NCBI GenBank assembly: GCA_964516055.1
Contig: CAZEYK010000002.1
Coordinates: 1-50,314, forward strand
DNA: 50,314 bases
Direction: 5' to 3'
Source: an uncultured Gammaproteobacteria bacterium
GTDB taxonomy: Bacteria; Patescibacteriota; Patescibacteriia; Magasanikbacterales; UBA922
Part shown: positions 18,314-26,915 of the stretch, in pieces
How positions within the stretch are numbered: the first letter of the stretch is position 1
Layout of the letters: the number at the start of each line of letters is the position of its first letter
Program-made: the position numbers and the translations under genes
Notes under the pieces: generated by a model
Told to the model about the DNA's origin: nothing
Seen by the model: only the letters and a program-made list of their open reading frames with translations
Databases searched by the model: none

Positions 18314-18910
18314 ATGATCAAACGATACCTTTTCCTCGCATTCGCACTTATTCTCTTTGGAAGTGGACTCTTTGTTGGATATAAAGTATTTCATACGCCG
18401 GCTGAAGCGGCACAACAAATCACCGGAGAAACAATTCTTGCTGCACTCAAAAGTGAAGGATTTTTGGTAACACAAACGTATATCTTTCACGAACAAGTAG
18501 AAATAGATAAATCCACGGGGAGCACCTTTAAAGATCTGTTCTGGAAACAAAATATCACTGCCGCCGCCAACATGAAGGTAAGTGCAGGTACAAATTTATC
18601 ACATCTTGAAGAAACAGACGTACTCGTCACAAAAGATAAGGTAGAAGTAACGATACCGAATATAGAAACATACGGGGTAGAAATTCTTGGGGACATTACT
18701 CTCAACAATGAACAAGGAATTCTCAAAAAACTATTTAATAGCGAAGACGGTTACAACGAAGCAATTAAACAACTCAAAGATCAGGCACTCAGTGCCGTAC
18801 AAACAGAAGAGCTCAGACAAGAAGCACGAGAAAGCGCACAAAAAGAAGTACAAAAAATTATTGAGCTTACAAATAATACAAACAAAACCGTTATCGTACA
18901 TATAAAATAA
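18314..18910 (+). CDS. membrane-anchored hypothetical protein (DUF4230-like)
   Basis: N-terminal TM (LFLAFALILFGSGLFVGY), then ILAALKSEGFLVTQTYIFHEQVEIDKS..., which resembles the DUF4230 pattern from memory. Confidence 0.5.
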   Translation: MIKRYLFLAFALILFGSGLFVGYKVFHTPAEAAQQITGETILAALKSEGFLVTQTYIFHEQVEIDKSTGSTFKDLFWKQNITAAANMKVSAGTNLSHLEETDVLVTKDKVEVTIPNIETYGVEILGDITLNNEQGILKKLFNSEDGYNEAIKQLKDQALSAVQTEELRQEARESAQKEVQKIIELTNNTNKTVIVHIK

Positions 18911-18956
18911 TCAATCACATTTCCTTTGAATCTTAAACGAAAAATTCTGAACTATT

Positions 18957-19865
18957 ATGTCAAAAGATTACTACAATATTCTCGGTGTTGAAAAAGGTGC
19001 CACCGAAGAAGAAATTAAAAAAGCGTTTCGTAAAAAAGCACATAAACTTCATCCCGACAAAAAAGATGGGAACGAAGCCCAATTTAAAGAGGTAAATGAA
19101 GCTTATCAAATTCTGGGTGACGAAACCAAACGAAAAAAATATGATCAATTTGGATCAAACTTTGACCAACAAGGTGGTTTTGGTGGTGGGGCCGGATGGG
19201 AAGATTTTATGCATGCAAATAGAGGGAATGGGGGACAGGGTGGTCAATCATTTAATTTTCAATTTGGTGGCGAACAAGTAGACCTTGGTGATATTTTTGG
19301 AAGCATGTTTGGCTTTGGAAATTCCAATCGGCCACGAAAAGGAAGTGATGTCCAAGTAGACGTAGAGGTTACACTCAAAGAAGCTATCTCAGGATTAGAA
19401 AAAGATATTCACTTTTTTATCCAAACAAAAAATGGCAGAGAAGAACGAAAATTTTCCGTAAACATTCCTGCAGGGATTGATAGTGGACAATCTATCCGAG
19501 TAAGTGGCAAAGGACAACCATCCCCAAATGGCGGACCAAATGGAGATGTCTATATGCTCATTCACGTAAAACCCGATCTTCGGTTTGCTCGTCAGGGTTC
19601 CGACATATTTACTGAACTTACCATCAATTTTGTGCAAGCCGTACTTGGTGAAACAATAGAAATAGAAACAATAGATGGAAGAAAAAAACTTATTGTTCCG
19701 CCAGGATCAACTCATGGACAACAAATTCGGCTCAAAGGAGAAGGAATGCCAAAGCTGCACGGGAGAGGAAAAGGCGATCAATATGTAAAAATACTCATCG
19801 ATATCCCAAAACGCCCAAATCGAAAAATGAAAAATGTACTGAAAGAATTGGAAGAATTGTTATAA
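18957..19865 (+). CDS. J-domain co-chaperone, type II (DnaJ/CbpA-like, no zinc-finger domain)
   Basis: DYYNILGVEKGATEEEIKKAFRKKAHKLHPDK (HPD), a G/F-rich linker and C-terminal substrate-binding domains. There are no CxxCxGxG repeats. Confidence 0.85.
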   Translation: MSKDYYNILGVEKGATEEEIKKAFRKKAHKLHPDKKDGNEAQFKEVNEAYQILGDETKRKKYDQFGSNFDQQGGFGGGAGWEDFMHANRGNGGQGGQSFNFQFGGEQVDLGDIFGSMFGFGNSNRPRKGSDVQVDVEVTLKEAISGLEKDIHFFIQTKNGREERKFSVNIPAGIDSGQSIRVSGKGQPSPNGGPNGDVYMLIHVKPDLRFARQGSDIFTELTINFVQAVLGETIEIETIDGRKKLIVPPGSTHGQQIRLKGEGMPKLHGRGKGDQYVKILIDIPKRPNRKMKNVLKELEELL

Positions 19866-19912
19866 ATAATATTGTATATAACATAAATGTATAATTAGAT
19901 AATTATTTTCCT

Positions 19913-19946
19913 AAAAAAACACCAGTCTATATCGCTGGTATTTTTT
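19913..19946. terminator. bidirectional terminator between dnaJ-like and rnhA
   Basis: ACCAG / CTGGT stem flanked by A7 and T6 runs. It lies between convergent genes. Confidence 0.5.
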
Positions 19947-19995
19947 ATACATGAAATTATTTTTTAATTACTCTACATCGGTATCTATACTATAC

Positions 19996-20400
19996 TCACA
20001 TTTCCCGATCAAGCACCTTATTCACCTCCGCATCAGCCGCTGTATTTTCTTCACGCCGAACGTGAGTTAATGTAACTTTTGTGTACCCTTGCATGAGATT
20101 CCATGCTTTTATAAAAAGTGTTTGAAGTGTAGGTTCCTTTACTTTCCAATTTCTTTTTAATTGTTCAACAACAAGTTTACTATCACACATAAAATGAAGC
20201 TCTTTAGCTCCCAAATCCTTTGCTTTCTCAAGAGCAGAAATAACTCCCATGTATTCGGCATAATTGTTGGTTTGTTCACCCAAGTATTCACCATAGCGTT
20301 TTACTTCCTTACCTGAAATAGTATCTTTCATCACCACACCAAGAGCAGCTGGGCCAGGATTGCCACGAGCACCACCGTCCGTATAAATAGTTAATTTCAT
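19996..20400 (-). CDS. rnhA: ribonuclease HI
   Basis: IYTDGGARGNPGPAA, NNYAEY and a C-terminal ...NTAADAEVN pattern of the RNase H fold (DEDD carboxylates). Confidence 0.88.
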   Translation of the reverse strand: MKLTIYTDGGARGNPGPAALGVVMKDTISGKEVKRYGEYLGEQTNNYAEYMGVISALEKAKDLGAKELHFMCDSKLVVEQLKRNWKVKEPTLQTLFIKAWNLMQGYTKVTLTHVRREENTAADAEVNKVLDREM

Positions 20401-20467
20401 AAATTACGAAATAAAAGATGTGTGAGGAACGAGTTACGAGTATGTCGTATATCGTACGTCGCACGTC

Positions 20468-22237
20468 TTATGATTTTTGAAGATCTATAAGGGTCATCTG
20501 CAATTCTCGATTTCCATTCCACTCATTCACGCCAAGTTCAAAAACAACATCAATAGTGTCTCCAATAGTGAGGCTGTTACACCAGTTTATCTTTCCTTTT
20601 CCCGTATGACAAAAATTCCATCCAACTAACTTTCGCATGCGTGGCGTTTTATGTTGCACAAAAAGTTGAATATGGTTATTCTGTTTTCCAATAGCTTTTA
20701 CCTTAGCGACAGTAACACCTTTTGCCAAGAATAATGGTTTTTCATTATCTTTACCAAATGGCTTAAATCGTTCAAGCAAATCATACAAATCCCAATGAAC
20801 ATCTTCCAAGATAACTTCTGCCGCAATAGATAATTGCCGTCGCATATCTTTTTCTTTTGTTTTTTCATGATATTTTGCAATGAGTGCTTCTTGGAATGGC
20901 AAAAACTGTTCTTTTGAAGACAGGGTAAATCCGCAGGCCATGGGGTGTCCTCCAAATTTTGCAAAATATTCGGGAATTTCTTGCATTGCTTCAATCATAT
21001 TGAATCCATCAATACTTCTTCCAGATCCCATAATACTGCCATGTCCATACGCCATCGCGATAGTTGGCTTGTAATAGCGTTCTTTCAATTTACTCGCAAT
21101 CAATCCTACAATACCAGTTTTCCATTCATCACCAATAACAAACAAAATAGGTTTATCAAGTTGATCTCGTTCAATTTGCTCAACGGCTGCCGTTACATAT
21201 GTCTCGGTAATTTGTTTTCGTTCGGTATTATTTTTATCTAGTTGAAACGCAAGATCGGTGGCTTCAATAGGATCCTCGCTTACCATTAATTTATATGCCA
21301 CGTTTGCGTGTTCCAATCTTCCTGCAGCATTAATTCGTGGCGCTATTTGAAAACCAATACTTTCTGCATCAAGTTCCTTCGCTAACGTACCGTCATCATG
21401 AAGAAGTCGTGCTTCAGACAAGAGCTTTCTCATGCCAAGTCGTCTTGTTTTATTTAAGACAAGGAGACCAAACGTCGTAAGTGTCCGAGATTCTCCAAGA
21501 AGAGGAACCATGTCTGCTACACTTGCCACGGCCACCATATCAAGAAGCCATTTTTCAAATGCTTCATGTTGTTCACCATTTGGCAATGTGTCATGATCTT
21601 TTTTATGTGTTGCCAGCAGTGCCTGAGAAACCTTAAATGCCACCGCACCACCACATAATCCTTTGTCTGGGTAGGGCTCTCCTGGCATTTTGGGATGGAT
21701 AACACTAAATGCCGGTGGAGGAGTTTCTGGCACAGCATGATGATCCGTGACAATAACATCCATACCAAGCTCATTCGCCAAAGTAATTTCTTCTACATTA
21801 CTAACGCCGCAATCACACGTAATAATTAGATGAGTCCCCGCATCTTTTAGTAGCTGTACGGTATTACAATTTAATCCATATCCATCAATATCACGATGGG
21901 GGAGAAACACATCAATATGTTGCGCACCAAGAGCACGAAACGTTGTTGCCAAAATTGTCGATGCAGAAACACCGTCCGCATCATAATCACCATGAATCAC
22001 AATATGTTCATCTTTTTTTATCGCATCAAAAATTCGTACAACCGTTTTTTCCATATCCTGAAACAAAAAAGGATCATGAACATGACATGAATAATCAGGA
22101 TTTAAAAATTCATCAAGTGCCTCTTGAGTACGAAGATCTCGATTGTATAATAATCTTGCCGCCACTGGTGGAATTTCTGGATGTGTATCAAAAAATGATT
22201 GTGGTGGTTCCTCTTGAACATGCCAGTTCTTTTCCAT
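20468..22237 (-). CDS. recJ: single-stranded-DNA-specific exonuclease RecJ
   Basis: DHH family motifs: HGDYDADGVSA, ITCDCG, VTDHH, GGHPMACG. Confidence 0.93.
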   Translation of the reverse strand: MEKNWHVQEEPPQSFFDTHPEIPPVAARLLYNRDLRTQEALDEFLNPDYSCHVHDPFLFQDMEKTVVRIFDAIKKDEHIVIHGDYDADGVSASTILATTFRALGAQHIDVFLPHRDIDGYGLNCNTVQLLKDAGTHLIITCDCGVSNVEEITLANELGMDVIVTDHHAVPETPPPAFSVIHPKMPGEPYPDKGLCGGAVAFKVSQALLATHKKDHDTLPNGEQHEAFEKWLLDMVAVASVADMVPLLGESRTLTTFGLLVLNKTRRLGMRKLLSEARLLHDDGTLAKELDAESIGFQIAPRINAAGRLEHANVAYKLMVSEDPIEATDLAFQLDKNNTERKQITETYVTAAVEQIERDQLDKPILFVIGDEWKTGIVGLIASKLKERYYKPTIAMAYGHGSIMGSGRSIDGFNMIEAMQEIPEYFAKFGGHPMACGFTLSSKEQFLPFQEALIAKYHEKTKEKDMRRQLSIAAEVILEDVHWDLYDLLERFKPFGKDNEKPLFLAKGVTVAKVKAIGKQNNHIQLFVQHKTPRMRKLVGWNFCHTGKGKINWCNSLTIGDTIDVVFELGVNEWNGNRELQMTLIDLQKS

Positions 22238-22272
22238 AGAGATAGTATTAGGACAAACCAGGATTTGCCAGA

Positions 22273-22836
22273 TTAGGACAATTCAGCTCGGAGTGATGAT
22301 AAATGTTTATGACACAATACCATTGTATCAATTGAGTTGCTCACACGATCAGCATAGTGTGTATCTTTTTCTTCTGCTGACATGTTGGAGAATTCTCCAA
22401 CTTTTGGAAAATATAATGCACCCGCCTGCATCATCTTAAAATTTGAAATAAGTGTTGTGAATTGTTCTACTACACGAATCCCACCAAAATCACCAATAGA
22501 GACTCCGGCAACCATAATAGGTTTATATGCATAGGCAGCAATAGCTGCCTGATCAATCCATAGTTTTAATTCGCCAGGATATGAATGGTTGTACTCAGGG
22601 GTAACAATAATAAATGCATCAATGGTTTGTACGGCATCTCGCCATGCTTGCGTTAATGGATTGTTATCGGTATGGTAAATAGTTTTGTCTACGGAAAAAT
22701 TTCGAACATCATATGCCGTAACGTGTACGTCATCTCGTGCTTCGAGTTTTTCATGAATATACGTAAAAACAGATTCAGACATCCGTCCATCGCGAGCCGT
22801 ACCAAGCATCAATCCAATATGTGGTTGTGAATTCAT
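22273..22836 (-). CDS. NAD(P)H-dependent FMN reductase family protein
   Basis: IGLMLGTARDGRMSE... and IIVTPEYNHSYPGELK match the flavodoxin-like FMN_red pattern. Confidence 0.8.
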   Translation of the reverse strand: MNSQPHIGLMLGTARDGRMSESVFTYIHEKLEARDDVHVTAYDVRNFSVDKTIYHTDNNPLTQAWRDAVQTIDAFIIVTPEYNHSYPGELKLWIDQAAIAAYAYKPIMVAGVSIGDFGGIRVVEQFTTLISNFKMMQAGALYFPKVGEFSNMSAEEKDTHYADRVSNSIDTMVLCHKHLSSLRAELS

Positions 22837-22851
22837 AAAGATGTAAAAATA

Positions 22852-22953
22852 TTAATATAACGCAGGAAGAATAGTAAAAAATATCATACTCAACATAGCA
22901 AGAAGACTAATGACAATCCAGATGGTTTTAACAACTTTTCGTTTAGTAAGCAT
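22852..22953 (-). CDS. possible 33-aa membrane micropeptide
   Basis: Hand translation: MLTKRKVVKTIWIVISLLAMLSMIFFTILPALY. A basic N-terminus is followed by one TM helix. It fills most of the lepA-to-reductase gap. No SD. Confidence 0.25.
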   Translation of the reverse strand: MLTKRKVVKTIWIVISLLAMLSMIFFTILPALY

Positions 22954-23023
22954 AGATCATGGTAACGTGAAATATGTCCCTGTCCCATTTGTGACAAGAG
23001 ACATGAAAAAAATATAAATACTA

Positions 23024-24817
23024 TTATCGTTTAAGCACTGCCAAATACGCTTCAGTAGGAATATCAACTTTTCCTTTACCCATCGCCATCATTTTTTTCT
23101 TTCCTTTCTTTTGTTTTTCTAGAAGCTTTCGTTTACGAGTAACATCACCTCCATAGAGTTTTGCCGTCACATCTTTTCTTATGGCAGAAAGCCGTTCACC
23201 TGCTATGATTTTTCCACCAACTGAGGCTTGGATTTTTATAACAAATTGTTGTCTTGGAAGCGAATCTTTTAGTGAATTAACAATTTGTTTTCCAACACGG
23301 AATGCTTCATCTCGCCATACAAGGGTAGACAGTGATTCCACAGGTTCTTCTGCAACCGAAATATCAATTTTTACCACATCTGTTTTTCTATAATCTTTCA
23401 GTTCATAATTAAGAGACGCATAGCCACTCGTAACCGTTTTTAGTTTATCATAAAAATCCGTAATCAACGACGCAAGAGGAATTTCATAATGCAACATTGC
23501 TCGCTTGGTATTTCCAGCACTCAAGTATTCCGTATTTGTGTATTGTCCTTTTCTCTCCGATACAAGAGCCATAACATTTCCAATATACGCATCAGGGGTA
23601 ATAAGATCAACCGTCATCCATGGCTCTTCAATAAGCGTAATACGTTGTTGTTCAGGAAGATCTTGAGGGCTCCGAACAATCAGTATTTCTCCATTCGTTT
23701 GTGTCACTCGATACGCAACACTTGGTACTGTCACCACAATATGAAGACCAAATTCTCGTTTCAATCGTTCTTGAAAAATATCCAAATGGAGCATCCCCAA
23801 AAAGCCACATCGGAAACCAAATCCAAGTGCTTGTGAATGTTCTGGTTCATATTGTAATGCAGAGTCAGACAACTTCAATCGATCCATTGCTTCGCGAAGA
23901 GCAGAATAGTCGTCACCTTCTTTTGGAAAAATTCCCGCAAATACCATGGGTTTTACCTGTTTGTATCCAGGAAGTTGGGACGTCGCTGGATTTTTTGTTT
24001 GGGTAATCGTATCACCCACGCGTACTTGTGAAATGTCTTTTAATCCTGATACCACAAAGCCAATTTGTCCATTTGCTTGTACTCCTGTAGAAATTAATTG
24101 AGGGGAGTGGTGGCCAGTATCAAGCACCTCTGCGGTGGCCTTTGTTCCCATGAAAGTAATTCTGTCACCTTTTTTCATTTCACCATCAACCACGCGAACA
24201 GCTGCAACAACACCTTTATAATCATCATAAAATGAATCAAAAATAAGCGCACGAAGTGGAAGCAGTTTTTTTGTGGCAACATCTGGTGGGGGAACACGCT
24301 CAATCACTGCATCAAGAAGATCAGCAACTCCATCGCCCGTTTTTCCAGAACAATGTAAAATGTCTTCTTTTTTACATCCAATAAGATGAATTAACTCAGC
24401 GCTGGATTTCTCTATATCAGCGTTTGGTAAATCAATTTTATTCAAGACGGGAATAATCGTTAAGTTTTGTTCAAGCGCCAAATACAAATTTCCAATCGTT
24501 TGTGCTTGCACTCCTTGGCTGGCATCAACTAGGAGAATGGCTCCTTCAACCGCAGCAAGAGAACGAGACACCTCATACGTAAAATCAACATGGCCAGGAG
24601 TATCAATCAAATTTAACGTCTTTCCTTTATATTCCATCCGTACAGGCTGAAGTTTAATGGTAATTCCACGCTCTTGTTCAAGTTCCATGGTATCAAGCAA
24701 TTGGGCGGTCATGTTTCGTTTTTCAACCGTTTCTGTAATTTCAAGAAAGCGATCGGCAAGAGTCGATTTTCCATGATCAATATGGGCAATAATACAAAAA
24801 TTTCGAATATCAGACAT
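23024..24817 (-). CDS. lepA: translation elongation factor 4 (LepA)
   Basis: IRNFCIIAHIDHGKSTLADR, DTPGHVDF, NKIDL and the conserved LepA C-terminal domain. The start is set at MSDIRNF; the 22 upstream codons in the ORF track are not conserved. Confidence 0.97.
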   Translation of the reverse strand: MSDIRNFCIIAHIDHGKSTLADRFLEITETVEKRNMTAQLLDTMELEQERGITIKLQPVRMEYKGKTLNLIDTPGHVDFTYEVSRSLAAVEGAILLVDASQGVQAQTIGNLYLALEQNLTIIPVLNKIDLPNADIEKSSAELIHLIGCKKEDILHCSGKTGDGVADLLDAVIERVPPPDVATKKLLPLRALIFDSFYDDYKGVVAAVRVVDGEMKKGDRITFMGTKATAEVLDTGHHSPQLISTGVQANGQIGFVVSGLKDISQVRVGDTITQTKNPATSQLPGYKQVKPMVFAGIFPKEGDDYSALREAMDRLKLSDSALQYEPEHSQALGFGFRCGFLGMLHLDIFQERLKREFGLHIVVTVPSVAYRVTQTNGEILIVRSPQDLPEQQRITLIEEPWMTVDLITPDAYIGNVMALVSERKGQYTNTEYLSAGNTKRAMLHYEIPLASLITDFYDKLKTVTSGYASLNYELKDYRKTDVVKIDISVAEEPVESLSTLVWRDEAFRVGKQIVNSLKDSLPRQQFVIKIQASVGGKIIAGERLSAIRKDVTAKLYGGDVTRKRKLLEKQKKGKKKMMAMGKGKVDIPTEAYLAVLKR

Positions 24818-24894
24818 AAAAGTTAGGTGATAGCCAAAAGCCATTAGATCGTTTTGACTCTGAACTTGCCTATATATAGGCAAAATGTGACGCT

Positions 24895-24923
24895 ATGATA
24901 TCAGTTTCTGTGAGACTTTACAA
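24895..24923 (-). promoter_or_regulatory. candidate lepA promoter (TTGTAA-N17-TATCAT on the minus strand)
   Basis: Hexamers at 24918-24923 and 24895-24900 with a 17-nt spacer, about 75 nt upstream of the lepA ATG. Confidence 0.4.
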
Positions 24924-25340
24924 GAGAGAAAATAACTAATAACAAGCCATCATTTTTTCTTATTTTTGCTCAACAAAGGGAAAAAATAGAGAAAAGAAGA
25001 CATTGACAGACAACAAATGGTGTGATAGGCTGGTAAATTGGTACAGCCGATTACCACAACACTATGGGAGCGCCTATCATGATTATTCATCATGAGATTT
25101 CCCTCGTAAAGTGGGGAGGTCTTTCAGATAGCGATGAAGCTATCGTAAGCGCAGCAAAGTTGCACTATACCCACACCCGCCTGAATGGGACCAGGCTGGC
25201 GGTTATCCGTCTCATGTCGGATGGCCCGTGGGAACATGTTTCTCCTGAGAGTAAATTTCGGAGAGCAAAAGAACTCCCCGGCGAGCTGTCAGCCGAGAAT
25301 GGCTTTCATTTTGCCATCAGTGTAAACAAAAGTCGTACCC

Positions 25341-25350
25341 CGAGGTTCAA
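25341..25350. repeat. target-site duplication, left copy (CGAGGTTCAA)
   Basis: Exact 10-nt direct repeat of 26508-26517, abutting the left inverted repeat. Confidence 0.8.
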
Positions 25351-26507
25351 GATATCGTTCGTTTTTGGGTGCGTAAAAAGTTGAATTTGAGGCTAGGTTA
25401 TGCTAAGAAATAGGTGTTTAACTAGTTAAATTGAGTATTATGACAAAAAAAACGGAATCCGAAGTGTCCAAAATGTAGTTGTGAAAGAACCCAAAAAAGA
25501 GGTGGGCGGCGTGGATTAAAAAGATATTTTTGTAATCAGTGTCGAACATCATTTTCAATTGATCACGGACAGAAAGAAGAAATATTTTGGATTCAACACA
25601 TAGATGGGATACCAATCCGTAAATTAGCAGATGAAAGAAAAATAAGCATTAGTCAAACGTATGAAAAAATTATTGTTGAGTTGAATGCGTTGCCAAACAA
25701 TACTTTTGTAACAAAGGAATATTGTGACAGTGAAAAATTTTGTGGAATTTTAATAGTTGATGGAAAGTTTATTAAAGTAAAAGGATACAAACAAAAAATA
25801 CCGTTCATTTATTGTATTGACTACTTAACGCATGACATTCCTGTTGGAATGGTTGTGAGATCTGAAAGTGAAGAAGCATTTGAAAGTTTTTTTCAAAAAC
25901 TCAAAGATTGTAATTATCCGCTGAAGATTGTTGTCTGTGATGACCGTTCTTCCCTCGAGAAACCACTGAAAAGACATTATCCGGAAGCACTCATTCAACG
26001 ATGTTTGAATCACTATGTTGAGAATATTCGTGAGTCTTTGTATATCCGCAGTCAAAGTACACACCAACATTTTTTTAACTCAATACAAAAACATGTTTTT
26101 GAAGAATATATTGATGAAAATAATTTACAAAAACAACTTGAATACATTTTTCAAAAACATACAAAAGAAAATTTGCATCGAACAACAATTTTAAAAGATA
26201 TTTACAAACGAAGAACAGAATTATTTAACTACACCAAGGTTGATCATTGTCCAAAGAATACGAACCTCATTGAATTGTACAATTCACATTTCAATGCCAG
26301 GTTTAGAGCCCTCAAAGGCTTCAAATCTTTCGACAGTGCTCAGTGTTGGTGTAATGCACTTCTACTTCGTAGAAGAACCAAACCATTGACCGATTGCAAA
26401 GCGAAATTCAAACATCTCAATGGCATCGCTTCGCTCCGACTGACATTAAAAAACAGGCTCATTGGCCTGATAATTTCTTAAAAAACGCACCCAAAACCGA
26501 ACGCTAA
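25351..26507 (+). mobile_element. insertion sequence, 1157 bp, single ZnF-HTH-DDE transposase (IS1/IS6/IS1595-like; family unresolved)
   Basis: Terminal inverted repeats: GATATCGTTCGTTTTTGGGTGCGT (25351-25374) versus the reverse complement of ACGCACCCAAAACCGAACGCTAA (26485-26507). Over the inner 19 nt, 18 match. The element is flanked by 10-bp direct repeats. Confidence 0.85.
25440..26481 (+). CDS. DDE transposase with N-terminal zinc finger; the frame is broken at an A8 run after codon 2
   Basis: ATG 25440 is in frame 0. The long open frame (25444-26481) is +1 relative to it, and the two are joined only through A8 (25445-25452). Motifs: CPKCSCE...CNQC, an HTH-like IPIRKLADERKISISQTY, VDGKFIKVKG, VVCDDRSS, TNLIELYNSHFNARFRALKGFKS. 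Confidence 0.8.
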
Positions 26508-26517
26508 CGAGGTTCAA
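26508..26517. repeat. target-site duplication, right copy (CGAGGTTCAA)
   Basis: Exact repeat of 25341-25350, abutting the right inverted repeat. Confidence 0.8.
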
Positions 26518-26711
26518 CGAAAAAAAAGGAGCCTTTGGTGTGCTAAATTGGTATGGGAAAAAAATTGACCCTCTCATAAAAACAGAAGTAGAAGAAATTT
26601 GCGCATAAAGGAGATCTTCATGCCGCACTCACCGTGCGGCGTATGGGAGATCGCTGGCGGATGAGTTGGCTGGAGTGTGTGATGAAGGGGATAACGTTCC
26701 TGTCCTCACAT

Positions 26712-26757
26712 AAAAAAACATGGAGTTCGCGAATCAAAGTGAACTCCATGAATTTTT
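26712..26757. terminator. bidirectional terminator-like hairpin
   Basis: Perfect 10-bp stem CATGGAGTTC (26719-26728) / GAACTCCATG (26741-26750), with A7 upstream and ATTTTT downstream. Confidence 0.5.
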
Positions 26758-26825
26758 GGCAAAGCATTCATCAGCAGCCAACACCCACGCGGTTACCGGG
26801 CTCACCCAGAGCCTGCAACACGCCG

Positions 26826-26898
26826 CGTAAAATTGTCCTCTATCTCCCAAACGGAGGACAATAAAAAACAAACCCCGGACGCACTCAGCTCCGGGGTT
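26826..26898 (-). terminator. tandem intrinsic terminators downstream of the 137-aa ORF
   Basis: AACCCCGGA (26871-26879) / TCCGGGGTT (26890-26898), followed on the minus strand by TGTTTTTT. A second hairpin, ATTGTCCTC (26832-26840) / GAGGACAAT (26854-26862), is followed by TTTT. Confidence 0.7.
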
Positions 26899-26915
26899 CA
26901 TTCATTTTTTGGGCA

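Larger units (their letters stand above)
25079..26608 (+). pseudogene. GC-rich hypothetical ORF split by an IS insertion (5' part 25079-25350, 3' part 26518-26608)
   Basis: GGGAG lies 8 nt upstream of ATG 25079. Deleting the IS plus one copy of the 10-bp duplication fuses the frame exactly (...SVNKSRTPRF|NEKKGAFGVLNWYGKKIDPLIKTEVEEICA*). I verified this codon by codon. Confidence 0.6.

Noticed and set aside
24818-24883. 22-codon N-terminal extension of lepA
   Set aside because: LepA homologs begin a few residues before IRNF.IIAHIDHGKST. The extension covers the palindrome and leader.
25418-25615. 65-aa minus-strand ORF inside the IS
   Set aside because: It is antisense to the zinc-finger/HTH-coding part of the transposase frame.
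26634-26864. 76-aa plus-strand ORF (GTG start) in the islet tail
   Set aside because: It reads straight through a perfect 10-bp terminator-like hairpin and into the tandem terminators. It is highly basic and low-complexity. I keep it only as part of an unexplained non-coding region.
25003-26915. GC-rich islet as a known structured RNA (RNase P RNA, tmRNA, SRP RNA, group II intron, retron msr/msd)
   Set aside because: Hallmark sequences are absent on both strands: GGAAAGUCCGG, a tRNA-like acceptor/T-arm with a tag ORF, GGAAGCAGCC, and the GUGYG 5' end with domain V. There is no reverse transcriptase nearby. In addition, the frame restoration across the IS favours a coding origin for the 5' part.
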